From: Octopus bimaculoides
Taxonomy: Eukaryota
Length of the DNA: 64,000 bases
Direction: 5' to 3'
Assembly: GCF_001194135.2 (NCBI RefSeq)
Contig: NC_068993.1
Location: 31,624,962 to 31,688,961, forward strand
Under the pieces are notes generated by a model. The model saw nothing but the letters and a program-made list of their open reading frames with translations, made no database searches and was not told the origin of the DNA. The translations under genes were made by a program, and so were the position numbers. Position 1 is the stretch's first letter; every line of letters starts with the position of its first letter. Positions 25,149 through 38,554 of the stretch are shown piece after piece.

Positions 25149-28100
25149 CATCATCATCATCATCATCATTTTCATAAGCATCTCCTTTCAATTCTGTTTT
25201 GATTTCAGGTCAGTGAAACGTACAGTATACATTGGTAGGCCATTAAAACATGCACACTAGATTGTTCATTTATAGAGTCATGTGACAGAAAAAAGGGAAG
25301 ACAGAGAGAAAAAGGAGCAAAATAAAAAATAGAAAAGTAAACAAATAAAATAATGGGGGAAAAGGAAAGATAATTTGCACCGACAATGCTCTTCTCAATA
25401 CGTGTGACGTACCAGTTAAGACAATCTTTTGCACTTCCTGCATGGATGGTAAGCCAGGGATCATTCTTAAATAACTTTCAGTTCCATTTTTGATCATTCA
25501 AAGTGCTCCTACAACAACTGGTATTGTAACCGTCTTGAGATGCCATATCTTTTCAGTTTCGATTAGCAGATCTTTATATTTTCTCAGCTTATCAAATTCT
25601 TTTGCTGCCGAGATATTATGGTTACAGAGTATACTCATGTCAATCAATAAATAAACTTTATTGCTTTTGTCTATCACAACAATATCTGGTTTAATGCCTT
25701 GATGGTCCGATCTGTACGTACTGGAAAGTGCCGAAGAATCGTTACATTTTCTCCCTCAGTTACAGCCTCAGGGTGGTGCTTGTACCATTTGTCAGCAGAT
25801 TTGATTTTATAATGCCGACACATTATCCAATATAGATACTGGCCAACTCTGTCATGACTTGATTTATACTCAACAGGTGCTGAAACCTTACATCCACAGA
25901 TTAGGTGGTCGATTGTTTCTATTCTATTGTTGAAGTATCGACACTTTGGGTCTCAACCATTTTTCATCACATTGGCTTGATAGTTCCGAGTCAATAAGTT
26001 CTGATCTTGGGCAACCAAGATAAAGCCTTCACTCTCTAGATTTAGCCCTGAACTCCGTAGCCACTGATGTGTGTACTTCTGGTCTACAACCGCTTGTTTG
26101 CTACAAGCCACATATTTGCCACGCAGTATTTTTTGTTTCCATCTATCAGCTAATTGTTCAAATGCATTTTGCTTTGCTACTGATTTCACCTCCTTTGTAA
26201 CTACAGTTGCTGCACTTCCATCATGCTGTTCAACCTGGGTATTATACATAAACTCACTTGAAAATTTTTTGTTCTCCTTATTCCTACCGTTTAATTTCGA
26301 CTTAAGGATCATTCTCAGTCTGTGCAAGTACTACATCTTAAATTTTTCTCTCATTCCTTTCTCCATCAATTTATCCATTTCCAAAATCCCCACGTACCTA
26401 CAGTCTGTCTCTTCTATCTGCTTCATAACCTCCCCCGACGGTATCGTTAGCCCGTCCATATATTTGATTTTGCCTCTCTTCAAGATTAACACACCACACT
26501 TTCTCAGTCCAAACTCCATTCTGATATCAGCAATGAAGGTATGTGCCGTATCAACGAGGGAACTGACTTGGGCTTCATCTTTACCATAAAGTTTGAGGTC
26601 ATCCATGAATAACAAATGGTTGACTTTTTGTTGGCGGCTTTTGAATATATATCCAGCTTTTGCTTTCCTCAGAATCAGTGTTAGTGGTATCAAGCATAGT
26701 ACAAAGATCAGTGGGGACAGGCAGTCCCCTTGGAAGATACCCCTCCTAATTTCTACTGTCCCTAAGCTTCTTCTGCATGCTGTCAGGTCCGTCCTCCACT
26801 TCGCCATACTTTTTCCAAGGAATCGCTCAACAGTCGATGTAATACCAAATAGGTTCATACATTCCATAATACAAGAATGTGGGATCATATTGTACGCCTT
26901 ACGATAGTAGATCCATGAAATGGCTAGGTTACTTTTCCTCCTCTTGCAGTCTCTATGTACAGTTTTGTCTATCAGGAGTTGATCCTTGGTACTTCTGCAC
27001 CTACGCCTGCAACCCTTCTGCTCATGTGGCAGGACTCCATTCTTTTCTAGATGTTCGTACATTGACTCTGCGAGTATTCCACTCAATAACTTCCACATAA
27101 GTGGCAAACAGGATATCGGCTTGTAATTGTCTACCGTATTGCCTTTTTCGACGTTTTTCAAGCACAGCACTGTTCTACCCAATGTCAACCACTCTGGTGT
27201 TACCTGGTCGGCATTTAACAAGGTGTTGAGTTGCACAGCTATTCGTGCATGACATTCACCNNNNNNNNNNTACTGTTTGTTTCAGTTCTTGCAACCATTC
27301 AGCATCCTTCTTGTGCTTCTTGTCTTTGCTCCAGATGTCACTCCAAAACCTTTGACGTTCAATGTTATCTGGTATCAACTCTTCATCTGTACACTCTCCA
27401 TTTATTTCTTTATAGAATCTCTTCTGATCTACTATGATTAACCTATTCTGGTGGTAACCCTTCATTCTTTGGTCGTATCTTACCATCTTTGCAACGAGGC
27501 GCTCTTTCAGTTCCTCCATCACCACTTTCAGGCCCTTCCTTTCAATATTATACTTCCTTTTCAGCGCCCTGTATTTTTGTTCGCTTTTAAGGTCCTCTTA
27601 CTCTTTTCTCTCTTCGGTCTAACACAGAGATCTCCTTCGGGAGCATGTCTAATCCGGCCTGTATTCTTCTTTTCCGTCATGGATCTTTTCTTTTGTCACT
27701 CTCATTATGTTTCTTATTCTTGACATCAAAGCCCACGTTTTCTGCTACAATAATTGCTGCCATGATCAAATTATTTGTTCTTGTGATGTTTGTTCGTTCT
27801 GATGTATTTCAGAATTTCATTGACATTTTTCGTTTCTTGGTTCAATTTCCATCGATCAACCTCTTTAAGTTTGCAAATAATGTCGCTATCGTTCTCTTGT
27901 AGCCTTGCCTTTATTCTGTCGTAGATTGCCTTTTGTTCATCTGTCATGTCACCATTAGTTTTATTGTCTTCTTTTAGATCATCTATATGTCTCTCATCAG
28001 GTAAACTACCACTGCTCCTTTCCTGTGCTCATCGTTATCTCTGCTGCTATTTTCCAAGACCCGTCTTTTGATAGCTTTGAGCTTCACTTCTGTGAACCAA

Positions 28101-28547
28101 CGATTTTTTTATTGCTCTAGCTTGGTCACATAGTCTCTGTCCCGTGAGTTGAAACAATCCCTTTTCTCTCTAATGATCATACATACGTTGTCGGTAACCC
28201 CTAATTTGAGCACCATTTTCATCTACCGGGCTGCTCATGTGGTAACACTTCATGACCATAGCATTAATTTGCTTGCTCCATCTACGCTGTGTGTGGTGGT
28301 CCCTTTTTGGATATCGACAGGCTGGAGCCAGACCAGAATCTCTGAGACTGCCGGGTGCAACACTGTCACCATCATTGGCTTCAGTTACATTACCACCGTT
28401 ATTCACGATATTTTGTTTTTTCATTGTCGCTCATATGATATGAGTTAGCGATTATCAGGTTGCGCAATTACCAGTGTTTTTATTGTAACACCATCACTAG
28501 ATGTATCATTAATCAGTCCATGGGAAGGCTCCACCCGTTTCCTTTCA
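25105..28547 (-). mobile_element. R4/Dong-type RLE non-LTR retrotransposon, near full length, defective
   Basis: N-terminal region, RT ([20 protein letters not shown]), C-terminal Zn-knuckle/RHD and PD-type restriction-like endonuclease region (KPDIVVID, KYKDL), ending HVLRRALSV. Flanked by (TAA)n-type arrays on both sides. Confidence 0.9.
26331..27236 (-). pseudogene. Reverse transcriptase domain of the Dong/R4-type LINE
   Basis: 301-aa open frame with [57 protein letters not shown]. Confidence 0.92.
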
Positions 28548-29139
28548 TTATTATTATTATTATCATCATCACTGATATCACTGATATTATTGTTTTTATG
28601 TGTAGTAGCAGCAGTGGTTGCAGCAACAGCAGCAGTAGCAGGGGTGGGGTATTGGTAAGGTTGGTAGTTGGGCCACAGATTCCTGTGCTATCATAATAAT
28701 AGTGTTTGTAGTATTAGCAGCTGCAGCATATTATTTTTATTTTTATCATTATCACCATTAGCACCACAATCATTGTTATTATCATTGTTACAATTTCCAT
28801 TTATTATTAAAAGGTTTTACTAAATGTTCTTTATTTTCAACTTTTGTCTTGTACAAGAGATAATCATAGATATGTGGTCGTGGGAGGAAATAGTTGAGTG
28901 GCAGCTTAATGAACAGATCATATTCTACAGGTCTATAAATATATTCGGCAGATTGTGGGGAGGTCAGCCATAGAGACAAAAGAATCTTTGCACCCATTGG
29001 GTCAGCAGAGGTCAAATGTGTTTACTACTACCAGTGACTACTGAGAGCGCTGCCTTGAAAAGAAGCAATTCAACATGTTCTATTTGTAATTACTGGTAAA
29101 AAAAAACAATAATACATATACACATACACACACACACAC

Positions 29140-29178
<39 letters not shown>

Positions 29179-29609
29179 TACATATATATGCTGATATTCA
29201 TGTCGTTGAATTTTAAAAAAGTTTTCTTGAGATGTTCGTTTGTCTCTCCACTTGGAGAATACAATAGGACTTTTGCAATGAAAAGTATATTTACATTTTC
29301 GAATACTCAGGGAGAGTCAAAAAGAAAAGAAAACCAGTTGTAGATAGTAAAGTTTTAAGATTTACTAAACATGGTCTTTTGTATGACCGCACGGAGAGAA
29401 ATAGTAGTTTTGGTGTTGATAGATTTATCTCCAGGCATAGTTTTTTGTGGTGTTTTTAAACTTATGACTTGTTCACTCTGTCTGTGTTAGTCCGAAAATT
29501 AAAAAAATTATTTTGTTTTGTTTGATTGGGTCGGTTAGTAAGCAACTTCGCTTTTCTTTATCTATAATTGTTATGCCCGGTTTATTATTTTCTAGCCTTT
29601 TGTCCGTTT

Positions 29610-30640
29610 GAACGGGAATGTCTCACAACATCTTAGATTTCTCCAACTCCAGTACTCTTTCGACTTGGTGATTGTACCATGTGTTTCGAGCTTCAAATCC
29701 CCGTTTTTGGCACAATTTCCGCTGTAAAACTTTTACAACCTGGTCGTGCCTCCATTTCTTATATTCTTCCTGTACCAACTTGGGGCATTCTGCCACACTG
29801 TGCACCACTCTCTTATTCCAAGTTCCACTTATTCCAAGTACATTAGTCTGACATATCCTCATATATATCTTTTACTCAAGTTGTTTTTATCGCTTGCTTT
29901 TGGGCTGCTACACTTAGGATCTCTGTTTCTTTCTTTTGATTGCCCCTTTTTTAACCAAACCCAAGATTTTGTCTTACATACGTCTTCAATGGCTCTTCAA
30001 AGTTGGCTATGCAGAGTTTTCTCTTTTGACTTGCTCTTTTCGTATTTCATTCTTATCTTTTTCTCCCATTAGGCGCTCCATCACCTGTTCTTTATTTACT
30101 GTCTTCAGTATTAGTGTTTCTATGCTGCGCTGTAAATACTCTACTAGCTTTTTCATTCCATCTCTACTCATTCTTCTACTGCTATTATGCCTCTTCTGCC
30201 CTGGTCTCTCGTCAAGTACAGCCGATTGGTATCAGCTTCCGGGTGGTGGGCTCCATACATTGTCAACAACTTCCTAGTTTTTTTTTTCTGTCAAGTTTCT
30301 TTATATCGTTTTTGGCCCAGTCTATGATTCCAACTCCACATTTCATTAAGTGTACTGCTTTTGAATTTATTACTTCATAAGAATTTTTGAATTCAGCTCT
30401 GACTGCAACAATTTTCTAACTCTCCTTGTGTACTCCCTACTAGTCATTTGTTTCCTTTTTACCACTTTTTCCATTTTTACTTATACCAACTGTCCTTTAC
30501 CAATCGCTCTCATTGTTTGCACATTTGGCATTTCAGTTCCCTGGCAACTTTCAAATCTTCCTCGTTTTATTTTCAATATAATGCACTTTTCTATCCTAAA
30601 TTCCATATCTACGTCATTTAAGAAAACGCATCAATTAAGA
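29610..30640 (-). mobile_element. Second, 5'-truncated R4/Dong-type LINE fragment
   Basis: LDRK..TRKLLTMYGAHHPEADTNRLYL...GRRG, then HSVAECPKLVQEEYKKWRHDQV...WYNHQVERVLE. Confidence 0.85.
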
Positions 30641-30662
30641 ATATGATTTTCTTCCGACTTTC

Positions 30663-31385
30663 AGAGCAGGAAAAATTACATCAAAAAATGATTATTAATA
30701 GATAGATATATAAATGTATAAAGCATGATTATTTAAAAATTTAATATATCTTACAATCGTTTCATGATTGTATTACCCTTCGACATGAAATCTAAAATTG
30801 ATAATCATTATAAGGCAATACATCCACTCGTCAGAGAAAAAGGGTGCATTTCTGTGTAGACAATCGAATGCTATTTAAAGATATAAGGAAAAGATATTGT
30901 TTAAAAAGTTAAGACATAGATGTGTGTTGGTCCATCCTTGGGCTAAAAATTTTGAACAAATTTTCTGCATTTGTGGATCACATATTGAAGAGAATGGATT
31001 TATGGGATTTATATCTACACTCAGCCATTATGGATTACTGCAGAGTATTTTACCACGGATGTGTATTGTTTCTTCAAAATTTTAAGCCCAAGGTTGGACC
31101 AACTCACATCTATAACAACAACATTTTAAACACCATTTTCATATATTTTTAAATAACATTGGATTGACTACATGGAAATTCACTCTTTTTCTCTGGCAAC
31201 AGGATGTATTGCCTAAAAATAATTATAAATTTTAGATTTCATTTCGAAGGGTAATAAAGACATGAAACGATCGTAAGATATTCTAAACTTTTTAAATAAT
31301 CATATTTATATATCTATCTATTAATATAATATTATTTTGGACGTATGTCTTCTGTGATGGTTTTTTATGTAATTTTTCCTGCTCT
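30663..31385. mobile_element. MITE-like element, family M1, long form (723 bp)
   Basis: 30663-30815 is the inverted repeat of 31201-31385 (agagcaggaaaaattacat...aggcaatacatcc); non-coding interior. Confidence 0.85.
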
Positions 31386-31834
31386 AACATTATAATATCT
31401 ATATATATGTGTGTGTGTGTGTGTGTGTCTGTGTGTCTGTGTGCGTGCGTTCATATATGTATATANNNNNNNNNNNNNNNNNNNNNNNNNNNNNNNNNNN
31501 NNNNNNNNNNNNNNNNNNNNNNNNNNNNNNNNNNNNNNNNNNNNNNNNNNNNNNNNNNNNNNNNNNNNNNNNNNNNNNNNNNNNNNNNNNNNNNNNNNNN
31601 NNNNNNNNNNNNNNNNNNNNNNNNNNNNNNNNNNNNNNNNNNNNNNNNNNNNNNNNNNNNNNNNNNNNNNNNNNNNNNNNNNNNNNNNNNNNNNNNNNNN
31701 NNNNNNNNNNNNNNNNNNNNNNNNNNNNNNNNNNNNNNNNNNNNNNNNNNNNNNNNNNNNNNNNNNNNNNNNNNNNNNNNNNNNNNNNNNNNNNNNNNNN
31801 NNNNNNNNNNNNNNNNNNNNNNNNNNNNNNNNNN

Positions 31835-31877
<43 letters not shown>

Positions 31878-32091
31878 TTATGAGCGATAGTGGTGTCAAT
31901 TAGACCGAGAGGTTTCAGGTAATGCTGAGTAAGTGCTTTGGATAGACCACAGTTAAGTTCCAGGTTCGATGGTTATGCGAATAAGTGGTCCAACGTAGGT
32001 CATATATCAGCGTGTGAATATAGGATATACTTTTTGTAATGAGATAAAAAAACCAAGGCCGTGTATAATATAGAACATTTATAAATCGAAT

Positions 32092-32316
32092 GACTTACAG
32101 CTATTTCCAGGATATTTATTATAACCCTTCATCGGAGACGGTTTGAGAGGATGATTAAGCAATAGTTATGTATACCATTCTGCCAAAACAATGGATTTAC
32201 AAATACAATATCCCTACATCCACTCTATATTTCCTATCTTAACTAAACTAACTATTGCTTAATCATTTTCTCACACCGTCTCCGATGAAGGGATATAATA
32301 AATATTCTGGAAACAG
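32092..32316. mobile_element. Fold-back element of two inverted Penelope-type termini
   Basis: 68-bp arms 32101-32168 and 32249-32316 with about 6 mismatches, 80-bp spacer; each arm carries CCGATGA-A-GGG...GAAA. Confidence 0.8.
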
Positions 32317-32319
32317 GGT

Positions 32320-32470
32320 TTTAGTAGAAGAAATCGACCCCAGGGCTAATCTGTTGTATGCCTAGTATTTATTCTATAGGTGACTTTTGCCAAACAGTTA
32401 AGTTACGTAAACATAAATACACCAGCATCGGTTGTCAAGCGATGGCGGTTGGAGGACTCACAGAGATACA
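32320..32470 (-). mobile_element. SINE family A, 3' half
   Basis: aaatcgaccccagg...cctagtatttattctat...accagcatcggttgtcaagcgatgg; the rest lies in a microsatellite and gap. Confidence 0.8.
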
Positions 32471-32508
32471 CACACGCACACACACACACACACACATATA
32501 TATATGTG

Positions 32509-32550
<42 letters not shown>

Positions 32551-33407
32551 NNNNNNNNNNNNNNNNNNNNNNNNNNNNNNNNNNNNNNNNNNNNNNNNNN
32601 NNNNNNNNNNNNNNNNNNNNNNNNNNNNNNNNNNNNNNNNNNNNNNNNNNNNNNNNNNNNNNNNNNNNNNNNNNNNNNNNNNNNNNNNNNNNNNNNNNNN
32701 NNNNNNNNNNNNNNNNNNNNNNNNNNNNNNNNNNNNNNNNNNNNNNNNNNNNNNNNNNNNNNNNNNNNNNNNNNNNNNNNNNNNNNNNNNNNNNNNNNNN
32801 NNNNNNNNNNNNNNNNNNNNNNNNNNNNNNNNNNNNNNNNNNNNNNNNNNNNNNNNNNNNNNNNNNNNNNNNNNNNNNNNNNNNNNNNNNNNNNNNNNNN
32901 NNNNNNNNNNNNNNNNNNNNNNNNNNNNNNNNNNNNNNNNNNNNNNNNNNNNNNNNNNNNNNNNNNNNNNNNNNNNNNNNNNNNNNNNNNNNNNNNNNNN
33001 NNNNNNNNNNNNNNNNNNNNNNNNNNNNNNNNNNNNNNNNNNNNNNNNNNNNNNNNNNNNNNNNNNNNNNNNNNNNNNNNNNNNNNNNNNNNNNNNNNNN
33101 NNNNNNNNNNNNNNNNNNNNNNNNNNNNNNNNNNNNNNNNNNNNNNNNNNNNNNNNNNNNNNNNNNNNNNNNNNNNNNNNNNNNNNNNNNNNNNNNNNNN
33201 NNNNNNNNNNNNNNNNNNNNNNNNNNNNNNNNNNNNNNNNNNNNNNNNNNNNNNNNNNNNNNNNNNGGTGAGAGGGATAACTACCCTTGGCAAACAGGAC
33301 ACAGTCGTGTGTCGATAAGCCAGCTGGAGGAGATGTCCTCCTGGGGCTAAAAGCAACAGTAACATCCACCCCTAGGGGTCAGCCACACTTAAGTGGCAAT
33401 ATACTAC

Positions 33408-33442
<35 letters not shown>

Positions 33443-33975
33443 TGTATGTAAACACACACATGCATAAAAACATACACACGCACATAGATACATACATACG
33501 TACGTACGTACATACATACATACATACATACATACATACAAACATACATACATACATAGACATACATTGTTCAATGTCTATTAATCTATTGTAAAAAACA
33601 ACGGAAGACAACGCGTTACCAAATATTTGCACTCTTTCAATGTTTGCAAAAGCCGTGTTTCCGAAAAAATATCAGTAAATATTTGCATTATACTCATTAA
33701 CACACATAATCATACATTCTATGTATGCATGTATGTATGTTTGTATGTATGTAAGTATGTATGCATGCATGCATGCATGCATGTATGTATGTATGTATGT
33801 ATGTAAGTATGTATGTATGCATGCATGCATGCATGCATGTATGTATGTATGTATGNNNNNNNNNNTGTATGTATGTCGATCGATAGGTTGATAGATAGAT
33901 AGATGCGTAGGTTGATAGAAGTAATAATACACACAGACACATAAATACACAAAAACACGTGAATATATACATATG

Positions 33976-34009
<34 letters not shown>

Positions 34010-34427
34010 CATATATATGTATGCATGTATGTATGTACGTATATGTATATAAATACATACACAGACATTTTATTTGACAAGATAATTAGCTATAATGCTA
34101 TAATGACACACATACACACACACACATACACACACATATATATATATATATATGTTTACAATGGACGTTCAGGGATGTATATGTCTACGTAGTCAGAAAA
34201 ATCAACGTTGTAGATGGTTGATGTTGCAAAGATTGGAACTTAACATTTATTTATGTTTAATCAGTTCTCGGTTCTGCAAGGAGGAAATTATTTTGATATA
34301 ACATCACTTGAGACAGACCAATAATCGATTCCTCAGGGTTAAAATATGTCATTCACTACTATATTTATTTATTTTCGTTTGCGTCCCATTGTTTATCATA
34401 CATTTATATGTACATATACACACATTA

Positions 34428-34516
<89 letters not shown>

Positions 34517-34964
34517 TACATACATACATACATACATACATACATACATACATAATACATAAATAGTTATGTATATATGCATCCTTGTATATATATACGT
34601 TTGTGTGATAAAAATGATAATCGTTGTATGGGATTTATACATATTTTAATGCATTGCTACACGCGTTTCTACAAATGACATGGAAATCACATTCTTGGAA
34701 TGATTACAATGCAGTCCATAGTATCCATGGATGTCGGGTAGATTATGTTCATGCATTCATTTCTTCAGCCATAAATTTATCCTACATTATATCGGCACAG
34801 CTCTGTGCGACCCAAAATAACTGGTATTGCTAGTTGGCATCATTAGGTTGTAGCCGATATAAGAGAACAGGAACTTTTATACGCATATTCAAAACGTTTC
34901 CAGTAAACGAACTTAAATAATATATATACTTATATATATGTATATATGTACATATATATATAGA

Positions 34965-35033
<69 letters not shown>

Positions 35034-35384
35034 ATGTATGTATGCATATATGTATGCTTGTGGGTATATACGCATGTGTTTATATACAGAATTATATGGC
35101 GTAATGCTTAAATGGTTCGCTTTGTTGCTAAGAGATCCCGGGTTCGTTCTTTTCTCTCAAATTTCATTTTCTCTTGCCTTGGTTCGACGTATACGTTATG
35201 AGTGCACGTGGACCGATTGTACCAATAATCCTAAACGTACGATTTTCTTACACACTATGTCACGCTGATTCCACCTGAAAAATTGCAGAAAGTGTCCGTG
35301 TATCTGCGGGACTCTCAACCATTTCATATTAATTCAATGAATAGGTAAATCGTTCAACTGAATACTCATCGTCGAAACACCCAC

Positions 35385-35785
35385 AGAGATCCACGGTCTT
35401 TCTTCCTGTCTTTATGTTTGAGGATATGTGAATCTGTGTGTATGTGTGTAGGCGCATGTTTACGTACATGTACGTTTATGTGTGCGCAGACGCGTAGGTG
35501 CGTGTAGGCACGTAGGTATGGTCGGTTTAAATGCTGAAGTGTTAAACGAGTATACTATAAATTAGTGAAGTAGAAAATATTTCAAGTATATTAGACACCT
35601 AAAATGTCGTAAGATCAAAGAGATTGTAAACAGGACTTCTTGTTTGTTTTTGTTTTTGGTTTTTTGTGTTTCGAAAAGGTGAACATCGTTAGAGTCGCTG
35701 AAATAACAATAGGTGTTGTGAAACAAGTAGCTACTTTTGACCTACCATATATTGCATGTAAAATGGCTTCTACTAAATTCTGGAG
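35385..35785. repeat. Diverged duplicated block, copy 1 (partner 41460-42005)
   Basis: Shared ordered motifs cggtctttctt, ggatatgtgaat, cggtttaaatgct, gttaaacgag, tataaa, agagtc.ctgaa.taacaat.ggtg, aagtagctactt, atggcttctactaaattctgg. Confidence 0.85.
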
Positions 35786-36059
35786 TATCTTAAAATATTC
35801 CAATACTAATTGTTATTGAATTCTATGTATGAATTATCGATTATAAATTCTTAGAAAGTTGCACCTTCCGGAAAAAACAGATGCAGAAAAATAAAGCATA
35901 TAGAGTAAATCTATCTTCAGAAATGAAAAGATCTTTTCATAATTACATCTATATTTCAATATACTTGATATATATCAAATATACATCGGCATATATCAAA
36001 AGAGAATCTGAAATTTTAAATTTTAAACCGTATGTATATATTTGTTTCAAATATAGGCA

Positions 36060-36195
36060 AAGAGACAAGAATTTTTAGGGGTGGGGTTTAAACCGACACA
36101 AGCAATAGAATAACTTCACTGATACTCTATCATATCAGCTTTGAAAGAATGAAAAGCAAAGCTGTCCTCGGTGAGATTTTAACTAGGAACCAAAA
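36060..36195 (-). mobile_element. Degenerate SINE family C fragment
   Basis: gaaagaatgaaaagcaaagctgtcctcggtgagattttaact resembles the reverse complement of the family C core. Confidence 0.5.
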
Positions 36196-38163
36196 GGGCA
36201 GGGAGAAAAACTCTAATGGTTCTATCTGATGTTGTCAAGTGCGATATTTGACTGTCCAAATTTTATCACTTGAAACTAATTCTTGGAGAATATATAAATA
36301 GTGCACTGCAACGATGGAGATGATAGATAAATGAAAGACCTTATTTAAAACTACGAGAAGGATCATTCAATTTCGTATTAAGATTTAATCAAATATTTAC
36401 AAATCTGTGATATATTTAATCGAAAACTAATTCAGCTGCAAATACAAAAAAGTTTTATGGATGGAAGGAATTCAGTACATCCCTCAAGCGATTTCTAATT
36501 ATCCTGTAAAATAATATTTGGAGTCTCGGGTATACCTATTTCTTAGAATAGGGAAAAATCACATTAGGACGTTATTTATTCTTTAAGATGAAATTCATAC
36601 AATAATATATACGTCATTCTATAAAGAAGTACTCGGCCAAATTTTATACGTCAGATGTGCATGTGTCCATGCGCATGCGTATATGGATGCATGTGCGTCT
36701 ATATGGGTGTCTATATGGACATGCGCCTGTGTAGAAAGATTTGTATTCTTAGTTCTTAGAGACAGTTATGCTTTATGGAAATATTGACTGTAGTGGACTA
36801 ACACATTATCCAGTAGGAAATTAATCTCCCCTCCACAGTCTGCTGTAGCTGAAGACCAATGTCTTATGACATCTTAGATCTTTTATGTATGAGTGTCAGA
36901 GGGAGAGAGAGAGAGAGAGAGAGAGAAATTGTGTGTGCATGTGTATGTGTGTGCGCGCTCGGGCGTGTACATGTGTATGAGTGTGCGCGCTCGGGCGTGT
37001 ACATGTGTATCGATGTATATGGATAAGATCCAGAAATCCAAGACTACCAACGTTGTAAGCTTCAAGCAGACTGCGGCAGATATAGAATACAAAAAGTAGA
37101 CAGTGTATGCTCAGGAACAAAAGCATTTTACAGGCATTTAAGGCTACACATTTTTCCCCATATCGAAGTTACGAGAAAATTCGATAAGCTGAAGGTTTCA
37201 GTATAGCTCTTGATTAGCAATTAGCGTAAAAAACGAGTAAAATGCAAGCTATATATCTTTCTTAGCTAGCTTATCCTCTATTGTAATAATTACAGAACGA
37301 AGGGTATTCAAATTACCTAATCATCAGGCCGAGAATACCTTAATTAAATGAAGGTTACATTGTTACTTGGAATTCTCAAGTTAACTCACCGCAGATCTAA
37401 GTTGAAATGAATAGCGAAGCCAGAAGAACAGAATAAAGGGAACAAATGATTGAAGCAATAAAACGGTCAAGAAGTAAGGAAGAGAATACTGAGGTGAAAT
37501 ATGTGTGAGTGGGAGTCGTATAGAGCTATAGAAAAACTGAAGGGGGAAGAAAGAGGAGGGAGATAGGAGAGGATAGTTGCTGTCGTTAAGGGGAAAGAAT
37601 AATTGTGAATATTTAACTGAGATGGTGCAGAGAAAGACTAGCTGACCAGAAGGTATTGATTTATTGCGGCTAACTGCGCTGGTACTACTGACAATTGGTC
37701 TACATCATAGTACATATAGACACCTGCACACCCACGAACATACACACCCACTCTTCACACCTGTGGTATTAGCATGCATATATAAGCTTGCGGACACATG
37801 CACACACATGCACACACTCAAACACATGCTTATATGCCATGGCTGAGCGCGCGTGAATAGCATGAGTGTAGCACTCCTTTGCATGTAATTATACGCAAAT
37901 ATGTTTGAGTGCTCAAAGGCGCACGCAGCCATAGCTATAAGGCGCCATATGCATACGCGCACTCATCTACGCATATAACTACGCACATACCCCCATATAC
38001 AAAAGGTTAGGGTGCAAGTATATACGCGGACCTACGAAAAGAAAAGAGAAACGAAGCAAAAAGAAAAAAGGAAAAGGAAAAGATAAAAATGTTTTCAAAT
38101 AAGAAGAAAAAGGGGAAAATAGGGGAAACAGGGGAAAAATGAATATATAATGGGGGTATGCTC

Positions 38164-38205
<42 letters not shown>

Positions 38206-38234
38206 GTGTGTGCGTGTGCGCGCGCGTGATGTCG

Positions 38235-38480
38235 TGTGACCTAGTGCTTAGGTTGTAGATTGTTGCACTCACGATCGGTAGATCGTGGCTTCAATTCCCT
38301 GACTGAGCGGTGCGTCGTGTTCTTGAACAAAACATGTCATTTCACGTTGCTCCGTTTCCCCTTTCAATCAAAAGGTAATGTCGGCCTACTCGCCTGGCCA
38401 GCGAGGATGGTGTCATTTGCAAAAGCATATTGTGACCAGTGATGTGTAAAAATATCTGATAGCCTGGTGGGTCACGTGAC
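38235..38480 (+). mobile_element. tRNA-derived SINE family D
   Basis: Head gtgacctagtgcttagg...cactcacgatcggtagatcgtggcttcaattccc (A/B-box-like), followed by gtgttcttgaacaaaaca..tcatttcacgttgctcc. Confidence 0.6.
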
Positions 38481-38554
38481 ATATGGGCGCTGACACGTGC
38501 ATAATATATACATATATATATATTATCTATAGGGGAAGAATTAAAAAAAAAGAC

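Noticed and set aside
35095-35150. tRNA-like A/B boxes here and at SINE heads
   Set aside because: No complete cloverleaf; these are SINE-derived heads, not tRNA genes.
36945-37010. 32-bp tandem duplication, plus 10-18-bp duplications at about 4345, 12465 and 14614
   Set aside because: Two-unit slippage duplications without spacers; not CRISPR-like or structured.
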